A stretch of 64,000 nucleotides of DNA from Candidatus Anaeroferrophillus wilburensis (GTDB lineage Bacteria; Desulfobacterota; Anaeroferrophillalia; Anaeroferrophillales; Anaeroferrophillaceae). This document shows, in pieces, positions 49,448 to 59,445 of the stretch (position 1 is its first letter; the number at the start of each line of letters is the position of its first letter). The DNA is taken from assembly GCA_016934315.1 (NCBI GenBank), contig JAFGSY010000011.1, positions 493 through 64,492 on the forward strand. Direction: 5' to 3'. The position numbers were made by a program, and so were the translations under genes. Below the pieces are notes generated by a model. The model had not been told where the DNA came from and ran no database searches. It worked only from the letters and a program-made list of their open reading frames with translations.

Positions 49448-50830
49448 TCAGCTGACCATGGAGAACCCGGCGGCTCGCCAGGCATTCATCCCGCCGATGA
49501 CGCTGTAGGTGTTTTGCCATCCTTGGTTCTTGAGCATCGAGGCGCCGATATTGGAGCGATAGCCGGAACCGCAGATCAGGCTGATATGATCTGCCCGGCT
49601 GTTGCTGATGTCCTTGGCAAGCAGTCGCGGCAGAGGCAGGTGGATGGCTTCAGCCAAGTGACCGGCCTGCCATTCCGCTTCGGTGCGGATGTCGATAATT
49701 GTGTGGTTGGGATATTTTCGCAGGATGTCTTGTAAACTATGGATGGATACCTGAGGGAGAAAGCCGGTTGCATTGCCCGTCAGTATCCAGTCGGACAGGC
49801 CGATGCAGGAACCCACAATCCGGTCATAGCCCACCCGGCGAAACATGGTGGTTGCCATGGTTATCTGCTCCTGCCGGTCTCCCAGCAGGATAATATGCAT
49901 CGCTGGATCCACCACATTGCCTATCCATGAGGCGGAATTTGACGTCATGCCGATGTTGATGCTGCCGGGGATGTGGGCGCCGCCGAAAGCTGCCGCTTCC
50001 CGGAGGTCAACCAGCACATGCTCCTGGGGGTTGCTGAGAAATTGTTTGATGGCAGCCGGACTTTTTGCTCTGACCACCGGCAACGCTTCCTCCACCGAGG
50101 CGCCTTGTTTGTTCGTGGCAATAATGGTTGAAAAATTTTTTGGCCGGTGGGGGATTTCCCGTTTGATGAGCTGTTTGAAATCCTCTCTACTGTGGTTGAA
50201 GTAGGGATTGGTATGCCGCTCATAACCCAGGGTGGAAGAGGGCTTTGCACTCAGTCCGGCACCGCACAGGGAGCCTTCCCCGTGGGCCGGGTAGACCTCA
50301 ACGTAATCGCCGAAACGACTCAGTTTGCTGTACAGACTGTTGTAGAGGTTGGCGATCTGTTCATCAAGCAGTTCGTCGCCGGCCAGGTCTGGGCGGCCGA
50401 TACTGCCGACAAACAGCAGATCGCCGGTCAACAGCAGCTGTGGCATCTTGCCGCGGACAAGATCGGCAACGGCGACTGAGACGGCATGGGGTGTGTGTCC
50501 GGGGGTGGCAATGAACTCCATTTTGACGGCCCCAAGGATCAGTTCATCACCATCATGAAGGGGAATATGATCGTAGGATACCGGGCTGCCGGCGCCGATA
50601 TGAATGGCCGCCCCGGTTGCTTTCCTGAGTTCCATGGCGCCGGAGATGTGATCGGCATGCACATGGGTTTCGATGATGTGGCTGATGACCATTTTCTGCT
50701 CTTTGGCAGCCAACAGGTAATCGGCAATGTCACGTTTCGGATCAACGACAATCACCCGACCATCCCGGGGGCAGCCGATCATGTAGGAGAGGCATCCCAG
50801 ACCATCTACCTTGAATTGTTGAAAAAACAT
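49448..50830 (-). CDS. MBL-fold persulfide dioxygenase-like protein fused to tandem rhodanese domains (CstB-like)
   Basis: ETHVHADHISG, TPGHT, TGDLLFVGSIGRPDL, PAHGEGSLCG, GGAHIPGS, ICGSGYRS. Confidence 0.88.
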   Translation of the reverse strand: MFFQQFKVDGLGCLSYMIGCPRDGRVIVVDPKRDIADYLLAAKEQKMVISHIIETHVHADHISGAMELRKATGAAIHIGAGSPVSYDHIPLHDGDELILGAVKMEFIATPGHTPHAVSVAVADLVRGKMPQLLLTGDLLFVGSIGRPDLAGDELLDEQIANLYNSLYSKLSRFGDYVEVYPAHGEGSLCGAGLSAKPSSTLGYERHTNPYFNHSREDFKQLIKREIPHRPKNFSTIIATNKQGASVEEALPVVRAKSPAAIKQFLSNPQEHVLVDLREAAAFGGAHIPGSINIGMTSNSASWIGNVVDPAMHIILLGDRQEQITMATTMFRRVGYDRIVGSCIGLSDWILTGNATGFLPQVSIHSLQDILRKYPNHTIIDIRTEAEWQAGHLAEAIHLPLPRLLAKDISNSRADHISLICGSGYRSNIGASMLKNQGWQNTYSVIGGMNAWRAAGFSMVS

Positions 50831-51108
50831 AGCGTTGTCCCTTTCACTATCAATTAGTATGAATGATATTCATAGCTATGTGTTCATGCTCAGGAAAATG
50901 TCAATAGATTTTCCGGCATTCCAGGTTTTCTGCAAACAGTTCATGGCGTTTGCTGGTTGAATCGCTGAGATGGCCAGTGTTATTTTGTAACACCGTCTTA
51001 TCGGCGGTGTTTTTTTTGACTCGGCCGGCAAGTTGAGGTATAGCTAGAGGGTGCTTTGTGTAGCTAGGAGTACTCAATGTTAGTGGGAATATGTGTAGGA
51101 ACGATGAC

Positions 51109-52065
51109 ATGAATGTTCAGGGACATGAAAATTGTTTTGCCTGCCGGCAGGGTTTTTGCCTGAATACCATCGCTGTGGTTGCCGGTGGATTGGATGCCTC
51201 TCTGCTGATGGAAAAGAGGCATGAGGGCTGGCTGGATATTCCCCATGGGGGGATCGGCATCAGTGCGCTTATTGATCTGGCTGATCTGGCATGGCTTCAG
51301 GAAACCGGCCGGAATCTGCCCTATCCCTGCTCTCTGTCCCTGAAGTTCGGCGATGTCTGTCGCCTAGGTGACCAACTACAGATGACCGCCCGAATGAACC
51401 ATGAACTGCGGCGGGTTGAGTTGCAGATGAAGCGGCAGGGAGAAGAGAAAAATTACCTTGCCGGTGCTGCAGAACCTGTTGCCGACGGTAATGACGACGC
51501 ATGTCTGCCCCTGCCGCCGGTTGCCGAGCTGGAGTCTGCAGGGATGCTCAGGGCCTTGTCTATCTATGAGAACTGTTTTATCTGCGGCAACCAGCGTCAG
51601 GCGCCGGGAATCGGGCGCCGGTTTTTCCAGGGGTCTTTCGCTGGCCAGGACTATATACTGGCCCGATATGGTTTTGCTGCCGCTGACGCTGCAGTTGCCC
51701 ACTGGTTTCAGCAGGGGCAGGAAATGCTCCACCCCGGTGTGATCGGCGCGGTGCTTGATGAGATCTGCGGCTGGTCGGGATTTATTGCCGGCGAACTGTT
51801 TGGGGTTACGGTTCGTTTAGACCTTACTTTTCAGCGTCCCGTGGGAGTGGCTGAAAAGCTGATTTTTGCCTCCCCGACGCCCCGAGTCAAAGGCCGCAGC
51901 AGCAGGCAGGTCTACTATGCCACCGGCCAGGTTCTATCACTGGACAATGATGGTGGTTATGAACTAGTGGCTGCCGCCAGCGGCCAGTGGCTGGTGGTAC
52001 CCCGGTTGCGCCAGCAATTCTATGACACCCGGGTGGAGGAAAAACTGGACCAGGTCAGCTTTTGA
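51109..52065 (+). CDS. Double hotdog-fold (thioesterase-like) protein
   Basis: Two repeats: NCFAC...IPHGG and NCFICG...LHPGVIGAVLDE. Confidence 0.72.
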   Translation: MNVQGHENCFACRQGFCLNTIAVVAGGLDASLLMEKRHEGWLDIPHGGIGISALIDLADLAWLQETGRNLPYPCSLSLKFGDVCRLGDQLQMTARMNHELRRVELQMKRQGEEKNYLAGAAEPVADGNDDACLPLPPVAELESAGMLRALSIYENCFICGNQRQAPGIGRRFFQGSFAGQDYILARYGFAAADAAVAHWFQQGQEMLHPGVIGAVLDEICGWSGFIAGELFGVTVRLDLTFQRPVGVAEKLIFASPTPRVKGRSSRQVYYATGQVLSLDNDGGYELVAAASGQWLVVPRLRQQFYDTRVEEKLDQVSF

Positions 52066-52137
52066 TGGACTTTGCGGCTACGTCAGGATGACCCATGAAG
52101 CCGGGAATTGTCATCGTGGGAGTATTATTGCCAAGTG

Positions 52138-53055
52138 ATGCAGCAAGTTTGTGAGGATCTTTTTTTTATTGAGCGGGGATATCTCAATGGCAACCATTTT
52201 GTCTATCGTGGTGCGGCCCCGCTGCTCATTGATAGCGGTTATTTGGGTGATGTCGAACGGACCCTGCAGCTGATTGGTAAACTGGGGGTTGATCCCATGA
52301 AGGTTGGCCTTATTGTCTCAACCCATTGCCATTGTGATCATATTGGGGCTCATAAGCGGATTCAGCAACTGTCTGGGTGTGATATTGCCCTCCATGAGGT
52401 GGGCAAGGCATGGGTTGATGCCGGGGACAACCTGGCCACCTGGTCAGGCTACTATCACCAGGAGGCCGAGTTTTTCCATGCCACCCATTCTCTGGCTGAT
52501 GGCGACCCGGTGACTGTCGGGCCGCATGAATTTCAGGTAATTCATGTGCCGGGCCATTCCGCTGACGGCATTGCCCTCTACAACCGGCGGGAAAAGATTT
52601 TGATTTCATCGGATATCCTGTGGGAGTATGGTCAGGCTGTCCTTACCGAACGGTTGGAGGGTAGCCATGCCTTGAAGGACTGGCAGGAGTCGTTGGAAAG
52701 ACTGGCTCTGCTGGAGGTGAAGAAAGTGTACCCCGGGCACGGGAAGCCTTTCGCCGATTTCACCGGCGCTATTGCCAGGGCACAAAGAAATCTGGCCCAT
52801 TATGAAAAACAGCGTTCAGCCATCGGTGCTGATCTGCTGAAGAAGATAACCGTCTATACGTTATTGATGCACAAATCATTTCCGTCAGATCGTTTTTTTG
52901 ATCACCTGCTGGCAAGCCGGTGGTTTGCCGAAACAGTAGATGCCTATGAACTGGGCGACTATAAGAGCGCCTACGGGGAAACCATGACCAGTCTGCAGAA
53001 ACGGGGGACGATTTATTTGGAAGGTGGCTGCTGGCTGACCTCGGTTGTTCCTTGA
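52138..53055 (+). CDS. MBL-fold metallo-hydrolase
   Basis: LIDSG, THCHCDHIG, PGHS, ISSD, YPGHG. Confidence 0.88.
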   Translation: MQQVCEDLFFIERGYLNGNHFVYRGAAPLLIDSGYLGDVERTLQLIGKLGVDPMKVGLIVSTHCHCDHIGAHKRIQQLSGCDIALHEVGKAWVDAGDNLATWSGYYHQEAEFFHATHSLADGDPVTVGPHEFQVIHVPGHSADGIALYNRREKILISSDILWEYGQAVLTERLEGSHALKDWQESLERLALLEVKKVYPGHGKPFADFTGAIARAQRNLAHYEKQRSAIGADLLKKITVYTLLMHKSFPSDRFFDHLLASRWFAETVDAYELGDYKSAYGETMTSLQKRGTIYLEGGCWLTSVVP

Positions 53056-53058
53056 GCA

Positions 53059-53094
53059 GTTGCCTTGATCAGCAAATGTGCTGATCAAGGCAGC
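53059..53094. other. Strong intergenic hairpin without a U-tract
   Basis: GTTGCCTTGATCAGCA-aatg-TGCTGATCAAGGCAGC. Confidence 0.6.
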
Positions 53095-53213
53095 ATTCAC
53101 AAAGCCGGCATTGTTCCTTGGCAGTTGTACACGGTTTTTTTTATGTCAGTGTGCGTATGCAGTCAAACAAAAACAATGTCGTTATCTTGTCACATTTTTT
53201 AGCAGAGATTTTG

Positions 53214-53693
53214 ATGATGACCGATGAACCTGTAGACGAGGGCGGCCGGTCGACCGGTCCCCATCAACTGGAGATGCCGGGGTGGATTAGCTGTGCCCCC
53301 TTTGAAGAGTTGCTGGCCATGACCATTGTCGAAGCAGCCAATGGCGAGGCCGTGCTGACAATGCCTTTCTATCGACAATTTGCCCAAGGTGCCGGCTTGC
53401 TCCATGGCGGAGCCCTGGTGAGCCTGGCAGATACGGCAGTGGTCATGGCGATCAAAAGCATTGTGCCGCCCAAAAGCCACTTCGCTACCATTTCGCTGCA
53501 GACCAGGTTTCTCTATCCGGTCAAACAGGGAGTGGTGACCGCGAAAGCCAAGGTCCTCAAGTCTGAGGATCGGCTGCTGCATGGAGAGGCAACGGTGCTC
53601 AACGATGAGGGGCGGCCGGTGCTGGAGTTTGCTTCGGTATTCAAGCTGGCCCGCCGCACCCAGGTGGAGGGAGTTTCCTTTGCTGATCAGTAA
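53214..53693 (+). CDS. PaaI-family thioesterase
   Basis: QGAGLLHGGALVSLADTA. Confidence 0.9.
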   Translation: MMTDEPVDEGGRSTGPHQLEMPGWISCAPFEELLAMTIVEAANGEAVLTMPFYRQFAQGAGLLHGGALVSLADTAVVMAIKSIVPPKSHFATISLQTRFLYPVKQGVVTAKAKVLKSEDRLLHGEATVLNDEGRPVLEFASVFKLARRTQVEGVSFADQ

Positions 53694-53773
53694 AATAATG
53701 GTGCGGATCAGCTGCCGCCTGGCGGCCAGGGCGGCGGCTCCCGGCTCTGTCTGTCTGGCGATGATTGAGAGGC

Positions 53774-55618
53774 ATGATGGGCTATAAAAACCTGCGCGAA
53801 TGCATCCTGGATCTGGAAACTGCCGGCCAGCTTATCCGGATCAGCAACGAGGTTGATCCCTATCTGGAAGTGGGCGCCATCCAGCGGCGGGTATGCCAGG
53901 CTGGCGGGCCGGCGCTGTTTTTCAGCCGGGTCAAAGGCTGCCGTTTTCCCCTGGTTGGCAACCTGTTCGGTACTTTGGAAAGAACCCGGTTCATGTTCCG
54001 TGATACCCTGCGGGATATTGAGCGGCTGGTGAACTTAAAAACGGCACCCGGGAAGCTGCTCAAAGATCCCGGCTGTCTGTTGTCATTGCCCCGGGCAGCT
54101 TGGCATCTGTGGCCCCGAAAGGTTGCCCGCGGCCCCATCCTGAACCATCGGACGACCGTCGACGCCTTGCCCTGGATTCAATCCTGGCCCGGTGACGGCG
54201 GTCCTTTTATTACCCTGCCATTGGTATATTCCGAAAGCCCCGGCAACCCCGGCTGGCAGCACGGCAACCTGGGAATGTACCGGGTGCAGCTGGCCGGCGG
54301 CCGCTATGAGCCAAATCGCGAAGTGGGACTTCATTACCAGCTCCATCGGGGCATCGGCGTTCACCATGCCGAGGCCCTGGAGCGCCGGCAGCCGCTGAGG
54401 GTCAATGTTTTTGTCGGCGGTCCGCCGGCCCTGATGGTGGCTGCCGTTATGCCGCTGCCGGAAGGGATGCCGGAGCTGGCGTTTGCCGGCTTGCTGGGCG
54501 GCCGTCAGATGACCATGGTAGGTCGTCACGGCCAGCTGCCGATGCCGGCGGAAATCGATTTCTGTCTACAGGGAACCGTGAAACCGGGAAAAACGCTGCC
54601 GGAAGGTCCTTTTGGCGATCATCTTGGTTATTACAGCCTGGCCCATGATTTTCCCGTCCTGGACATTGAACGGGTCTGGCATCGGGATGGTGCAATCTGG
54701 CCTTTTACCACCGTTGGCCGGCCGCCCCAGGAAGATACCAGTTTTGGGGCCTTTATTCACCAGCTGACTGGTGAATTGATTGCTGATGTGTTGCCGGGTG
54801 TCAAGGCGGTGAATGCTGTCGATGCTGCCGGGGTCCATCCGTTGCTGTTGGCAATCGGCAGTGAACGCTATGTTCCTTATGCCGATGAGCGCCAGCCCCG
54901 GGAGCTGCTGACCCAGGCTAATGCCATCCTCGGTCAGGGCCAGCTGTCGTTGGCCAAGTATCTGCTTATTGTTGCCGGTCAGGATAATCCGGGGCTGGAT
55001 ATTGATGATATCCCGGCATTTTTCTCCCATTTGCTGGCCCGGGTTGACTGGCGCCGTGATCTCCATTTCCAGACCAGGACAACTATTGACACTCTTGATT
55101 ATTCCGGCAGCGGTTTGCACGAGGGGTCAAAAGTGGTCGTAGCTGCGGCTGGTCCCTGTCGGCGGGAGCTGGCGGTTGAGATTCCGACAGATATTTCCTT
55201 GCCGTCCGGTTTCACCGATCCCCGTATCTGTCTCCCTGGTGTCATGGCTGTTCGGGGTCCGGCATGCACATCATCGTTGCCGGCGAATCAGGACGGAGAT
55301 ATGCTCCGCTTCTGCCAGGGTAATGACTCTCTGGTCTATGATTTTCTGCCCCTCATCGTGGTGGTTGATGACAGCGAATTTGTTTCCCGGAGCCTCAGTA
55401 ATTTCCTCTGGGTTACCTTCACCCGCTCCGACCCGGCCAGCGACATCTATGGTATTGATGCGGTGATTGAGGCCAAACATTGGGGCTGTGGTGGGCCGCT
55501 GATTATTGATGCCCGGCAGAAGCCCCACCATGCACCGCCACTGCTGGATGACCCGGCAGTTGAGAAGCGGGTGGATGACCTTGGAGCTGCTGGCGGTCCC
55601 CTGCATGGTATTATCTAA
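53774..55618 (+). CDS. UbiD-family (prFMN-dependent) decarboxylase
   Basis: GPALFF, GNLFGT, DGGPFITLP, NLGMYR, EGPFGDHLGYY, VGRPPQED, DTLDYS. Confidence 0.92.
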   Translation: MMGYKNLRECILDLETAGQLIRISNEVDPYLEVGAIQRRVCQAGGPALFFSRVKGCRFPLVGNLFGTLERTRFMFRDTLRDIERLVNLKTAPGKLLKDPGCLLSLPRAAWHLWPRKVARGPILNHRTTVDALPWIQSWPGDGGPFITLPLVYSESPGNPGWQHGNLGMYRVQLAGGRYEPNREVGLHYQLHRGIGVHHAEALERRQPLRVNVFVGGPPALMVAAVMPLPEGMPELAFAGLLGGRQMTMVGRHGQLPMPAEIDFCLQGTVKPGKTLPEGPFGDHLGYYSLAHDFPVLDIERVWHRDGAIWPFTTVGRPPQEDTSFGAFIHQLTGELIADVLPGVKAVNAVDAAGVHPLLLAIGSERYVPYADERQPRELLTQANAILGQGQLSLAKYLLIVAGQDNPGLDIDDIPAFFSHLLARVDWRRDLHFQTRTTIDTLDYSGSGLHEGSKVVVAAAGPCRRELAVEIPTDISLPSGFTDPRICLPGVMAVRGPACTSSLPANQDGDMLRFCQGNDSLVYDFLPLIVVVDDSEFVSRSLSNFLWVTFTRSDPASDIYGIDAVIEAKHWGCGGPLIIDARQKPHHAPPLLDDPAVEKRVDDLGAAGGPLHGII

Positions 55619-55679
55619 TGTTAACTGGAAGTTTAGTTGTCCCGGTTGTTCTGGCGGGTGACGGTCAATGGAGGCTATG

Positions 55680-56162
55680 ATGCAGGGAAAAACCGCGCGG
55701 GAAAGCAGTGTTACCATTGCTCATGTGATGTTGCCTGTGGATGCCAATCCAGCGGGCAACGTCCATGGCGGGGTGATCATGAAGCTGATTGACACGACGG
55801 CCGGGGTGGTTGCCACCCGCCATGCACGCCGGAATGTGGTTACCGCTTCCATCGACCGGCTTGACTTTCACTATCCAGCGTATATCGGCAACCTGGTATT
55901 TTTTAAAGCCAGCCTAAACCTGACCGGCCGGTCGTCAATGGAGATCGGAGTGCGGGTGGAAAGGGAAGATCTGCTGACCGGTCAGACGAGCCATATAGCC
56001 TCATCCTATCTTACCTTTGTGGCCCTGGACAGCAATGGCAGAGCAGTGGAGGTTCCGCCGCTTATTCTGGAGACTGGAGACGAAAAACGTCGTTATCAGG
56101 AGGCAATGGAACGTTCCCGCTACCGCCAGCAGCAGCGTCAGGAGAAGCGCCGGCAGCAATGA
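55680..56162 (+). CDS. Acyl-CoA thioesterase (YciA-like)
   Basis: DANPAGNVHGGVIMKLID, VVTASID, GRSSMEIGV. Confidence 0.92.
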   Translation: MQGKTARESSVTIAHVMLPVDANPAGNVHGGVIMKLIDTTAGVVATRHARRNVVTASIDRLDFHYPAYIGNLVFFKASLNLTGRSSMEIGVRVEREDLLTGQTSHIASSYLTFVALDSNGRAVEVPPLILETGDEKRRYQEAMERSRYRQQQRQEKRRQQ

Positions 56163-56223
56163 AATGAAGGGCAGTTTTTACGAAGGATTTCCCAACCAGG
56201 AATGATGAAACACGAGGTTGATA

Positions 56224-57129
56224 ATGGTTCGTTCACTAGCGGAAATATTTGATCTGGCCCATCAATCAAAGCCGGTAAGAATTGCCATCATTGCTCCTGA
56301 AGACCAGGAGTTTATGCAGGCGATCAAACTGGCCAGCGACCAGTCGTTGATTGAACCGGTGCTCATCGGCAATCCCGTACTGATTGCCCGGGCGGCGGAA
56401 AAGGCCGGTCTGGCCTGTGATGCCCAGGAAATTATCGAGATCAAAGACCGGCAGGAAGTAGCTGACCGGGCGCTGGCCATGCTCTATGATGGTGATGTCC
56501 GGATGGTCAGCAAGGGACAGATTCCCACCAGCTTTATTTATCGCTCAATTATCCGTAAAAAAAAGCAGTATGGCGAGGGTTCCATCGTCAGCGTGATTAC
56601 CGTCTGGGACTTGGAACAATGCAACCATCTGGTGCTGCTTACCGATGCCGGGGCCAACATTTCTCCCAATGAGCAGCAGAAACTGGAAATTGTTGACAAT
56701 GCCGTCAAGGCTGCCCAAGTCCTTGGCTGTTCCAATCCCCGGGTAACCGAGCTGATTTCCGACCCCTCCAATCTGCACCTCAAAAGTGACATTGGACAGG
56801 GATTGAAAACCCCCTCCATCAGGGATCATCGGGGGCGCTATCATCTTACCGATGCAACCTCATTGAAAGAGGTGGTGACGGCCAGCCATGACGGCAGGCT
56901 TGACCTTGACCGGCTGCCCCATATTCTCCTCCTTCCCGACCTGAATACCGGCAACGTGGTGGTCAAACTGGATTTTTTCATCAAAGGCATTGTCCGGGTT
57001 TCCTACAGTCATACCGATCGTGGGCCGGTTCTGCTGCCCTCCAGGGCTGATGGTGCTGATTCCATTTTGCGTGAATTAACCTTCGGGGTAGGCCTGGTGG
57101 CGCTGCAGGAAAGGAGGAACAATGGCTGA
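56224..57129 (+). CDS. Phosphate butyryl/acyltransferase-like protein 1
   Basis: SKGQIPT, TDAGANISP, PDLNTGN, PSRAD. Confidence 0.8.
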   Translation: MVRSLAEIFDLAHQSKPVRIAIIAPEDQEFMQAIKLASDQSLIEPVLIGNPVLIARAAEKAGLACDAQEIIEIKDRQEVADRALAMLYDGDVRMVSKGQIPTSFIYRSIIRKKKQYGEGSIVSVITVWDLEQCNHLVLLTDAGANISPNEQQKLEIVDNAVKAAQVLGCSNPRVTELISDPSNLHLKSDIGQGLKTPSIRDHRGRYHLTDATSLKEVVTASHDGRLDLDRLPHILLLPDLNTGNVVVKLDFFIKGIVRVSYSHTDRGPVLLPSRADGADSILRELTFGVGLVALQERRNNG

Positions 57130-58000
57130 AGAGCTTTATCCGGAAATTTTTTCCGCAGCGGCAAAAGCAAAACCCAAAAGGTGCGCGGTGGCCCTGGTTG
57201 AAACCGAAGAACAGGTGGGCCCCTTTGTCCATGCTGAACGTCGAGGGTTGATCAGGCCGGTATTCGTCGGCCGTAAGAAATATGACGGGATGACAACCTT
57301 TATCCGTTCCAAAAGCCTCCATGAGACGATGGCCATGTGCAGTGCCATGCTGGCCGCGGGGGAAGTGGAGATGATTTTCCAGGGCAATGAAAATCGCAAG
57401 CAGTTCCTGTCCTATTTTTTAGAGAACGAGGGGTTGGATAGCGGTTCCACCTATGGAGCGGTTTTTTATGACCGGGAGCGGCGAAAAACATTTTTTGTTA
57501 TTGATCCGCTGGTGGCGGTCAAGCCTGTGTTGGAGCAGAAGGTCAGCCAGGTCAATGCCCTGGCCGGGCTACTTACTTCTCTGCTGCCCCGGCGCAGGAT
57601 TTACGGTGCCGCCCTGGCTCCCATTGAAACCATCAACCCTAAAATACCTTCTACTGTTATTGCTGCAGTGTTAGCCCAGATGAGCACCCGGCAGCAGTTT
57701 GGCCGGCGGCTGGCCATTCATGGGCCGCTGGATGTTGATTGCGCCCTCAGCAAAACGGCTGCCATCCGCAAGGGGGTCTTTTCTGAACAATCCGGTAACT
57801 ATGATTTCTATGTGCTGCCGGATACCAACAGCGCTTATTTTTTTTCAACATTCCTTAAATATATCGGCCAGGTGCCGACCATTGGCGTTTTGCTCCATGG
57901 CGACAATGCCATTGTGCTCAACTCCGGCCCCCTGTGCCAGAAACAGCGGCTGGCAGAAATTGCTCTGGCGGTGGTGGCCCGGGAGGGGAGAAAAGGATGA
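57122..58000 (+). CDS. Phosphate butyryl/acyltransferase-like protein 2 (divergent)
   Basis: APIETINPKIPST, GPLDVDCA...RKG, YVLPD; overlaps both neighbours. Confidence 0.75.
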   Translation: MAEELYPEIFSAAAKAKPKRCAVALVETEEQVGPFVHAERRGLIRPVFVGRKKYDGMTTFIRSKSLHETMAMCSAMLAAGEVEMIFQGNENRKQFLSYFLENEGLDSGSTYGAVFYDRERRKTFFVIDPLVAVKPVLEQKVSQVNALAGLLTSLLPRRRIYGAALAPIETINPKIPSTVIAAVLAQMSTRQQFGRRLAIHGPLDVDCALSKTAAIRKGVFSEQSGNYDFYVLPDTNSAYFFSTFLKYIGQVPTIGVLLHGDNAIVLNSGPLCQKQRLAEIALAVVAREGRKG

Positions 58001-59067
58001 TTCTGGCGCTCAATGTAGGTTCCACATCGGTAAAGATCGCCCTTGCAGCAGCGGACAAGGTTTTGTGCCAGGAAAGTTTTCCCCTGGCCATCGCTGACCG
58101 GGAGACCCTTTTTCACCAGGATTGTTTTGCTGTCGAGGTGGACCGGCTTGAAGAAGCCGTCTGCCGGTTCCTTTCCAGTTGCGGCCGGTTTTTGGAAGAG
58201 GTTGCCATTGTTGTCAGTCGTGGTGGCTTGCAGCGGCCCGGAGATGCCGGCAGTTACCTCATTACGGAGCCGATGCTTGATGATCTGCGTCGGGGAACGT
58301 ATGGCAAGCATCCCTCCTCCCTGGGGCCGGTGCTGGCTGCCCGCCTGGCCCTCCGAGCCGGTTGTTTGGCTGTTGCTGTTGATCCGCCGTCTACTGATGA
58401 ATTTATTGCCCTGGCCCGCCCCTCCGGACTTCCCGACCTGGAGCGGGTCAGCGCTTTCCATGCTCTCAGTCACAAGGCTGCCGGTCGTCAGGCAGCTGCA
58501 GCGTTGGGGAAGGAGTACGACCACTGTCGGCTGATAGTTGCCCATCTGGGCGGCGGGATAACCGTTGGCGCCCATTGTTTAGGAAAGGTCATTGATTGTA
58601 CCAATGGTCTCAGCGAGGGGCCTTTTTCCCCGGAACGGGCCGGCTCCCTGCCCACTATGGAACTTTTTGTCCTGGCTCTGGCCCATGCCGATTGCCGTGA
58701 ACGATTTGAAAAGCGGCTGGTGGGCGAGGGCGGCCTACAGGCTTATCTGGGAACCAAAGATGCTCTGGTGGTTGAACAGCGCATTGCCGATGGCGACAAT
58801 CAAGCAGCGCTGATTTACGAGACAATGGCCTACCAGATTGCCAAAGATATTGGTTCCATGGCCGCGGTTCTGGCGGGGCAGGTGGATGCTGTGGTGCTGA
58901 CCGGATCGCTGGCCAGATCGGCCATGCTGCTTGGCTGGCTCAGAAGCCGGATCGAATTCCTTGGGCCGCTTTTCATCTACCCCGGCGAATGTGAGATGAC
59001 AGCCCTGCTGGCTACCGCCGACCGTGTCCTTGCCGGTGAGGAAAAACTGCAATCCTATCCACCCTGA
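57997..59067 (+). CDS. buk: Butyrate kinase
   Basis: LALNVGSTSVKIA, SRGG, HPSSLG, FHALSHKA, AHLGGGITV, EGPFSPERAG. Confidence 0.9.
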   Translation: MILALNVGSTSVKIALAAADKVLCQESFPLAIADRETLFHQDCFAVEVDRLEEAVCRFLSSCGRFLEEVAIVVSRGGLQRPGDAGSYLITEPMLDDLRRGTYGKHPSSLGPVLAARLALRAGCLAVAVDPPSTDEFIALARPSGLPDLERVSAFHALSHKAAGRQAAAALGKEYDHCRLIVAHLGGGITVGAHCLGKVIDCTNGLSEGPFSPERAGSLPTMELFVLALAHADCRERFEKRLVGEGGLQAYLGTKDALVVEQRIADGDNQAALIYETMAYQIAKDIGSMAAVLAGQVDAVVLTGSLARSAMLLGWLRSRIEFLGPLFIYPGECEMTALLATADRVLAGEEKLQSYPP

Positions 59068-59080
59068 TCAGGGGGCGGGA

Positions 59081-59374
59081 ATGTCAACAGAGAGCGCCAG
59101 CATCCGGCAGCAGATAATTGAGCTGCTGACCGAAAAGCATCTCGGAGCCTGGGAACTGTCGCAGGACCTGGGGATCAGGGAAGCGGAGGTCTATCATCAT
59201 CTGGACCATGTCGCCCGCTCCCTGGCATCCCGGAACCGGCGGCTGGAGATGGTGCCGGCCAGCTGCTTGGCCTGCGGCTATCAGTTTATTAAACGCCGCC
59301 GCCATACGCCCCCCGGCCGCTGCCCACGCTGCAAAAGCTCCCATCTTTCACAACCGCGCTACCGTGTTCGCTGA
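59081..59374 (+). CDS. Small HTH plus Zn-ribbon transcriptional regulator
   Basis: IRQQIIELL...EVYHHLDHV, then CLACG and CPRCK. Confidence 0.8.
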   Translation: MSTESASIRQQIIELLTEKHLGAWELSQDLGIREAEVYHHLDHVARSLASRNRRLEMVPASCLACGYQFIKRRRHTPPGRCPRCKSSHLSQPRYRVR

Positions 59375-59445
59375 TCTTTTTTGTTTTTGCCCTTGACTTA
59401 TCCCTGTAATTCGCTAAGCTATACCGAAAATGGACCGTATGGGAT

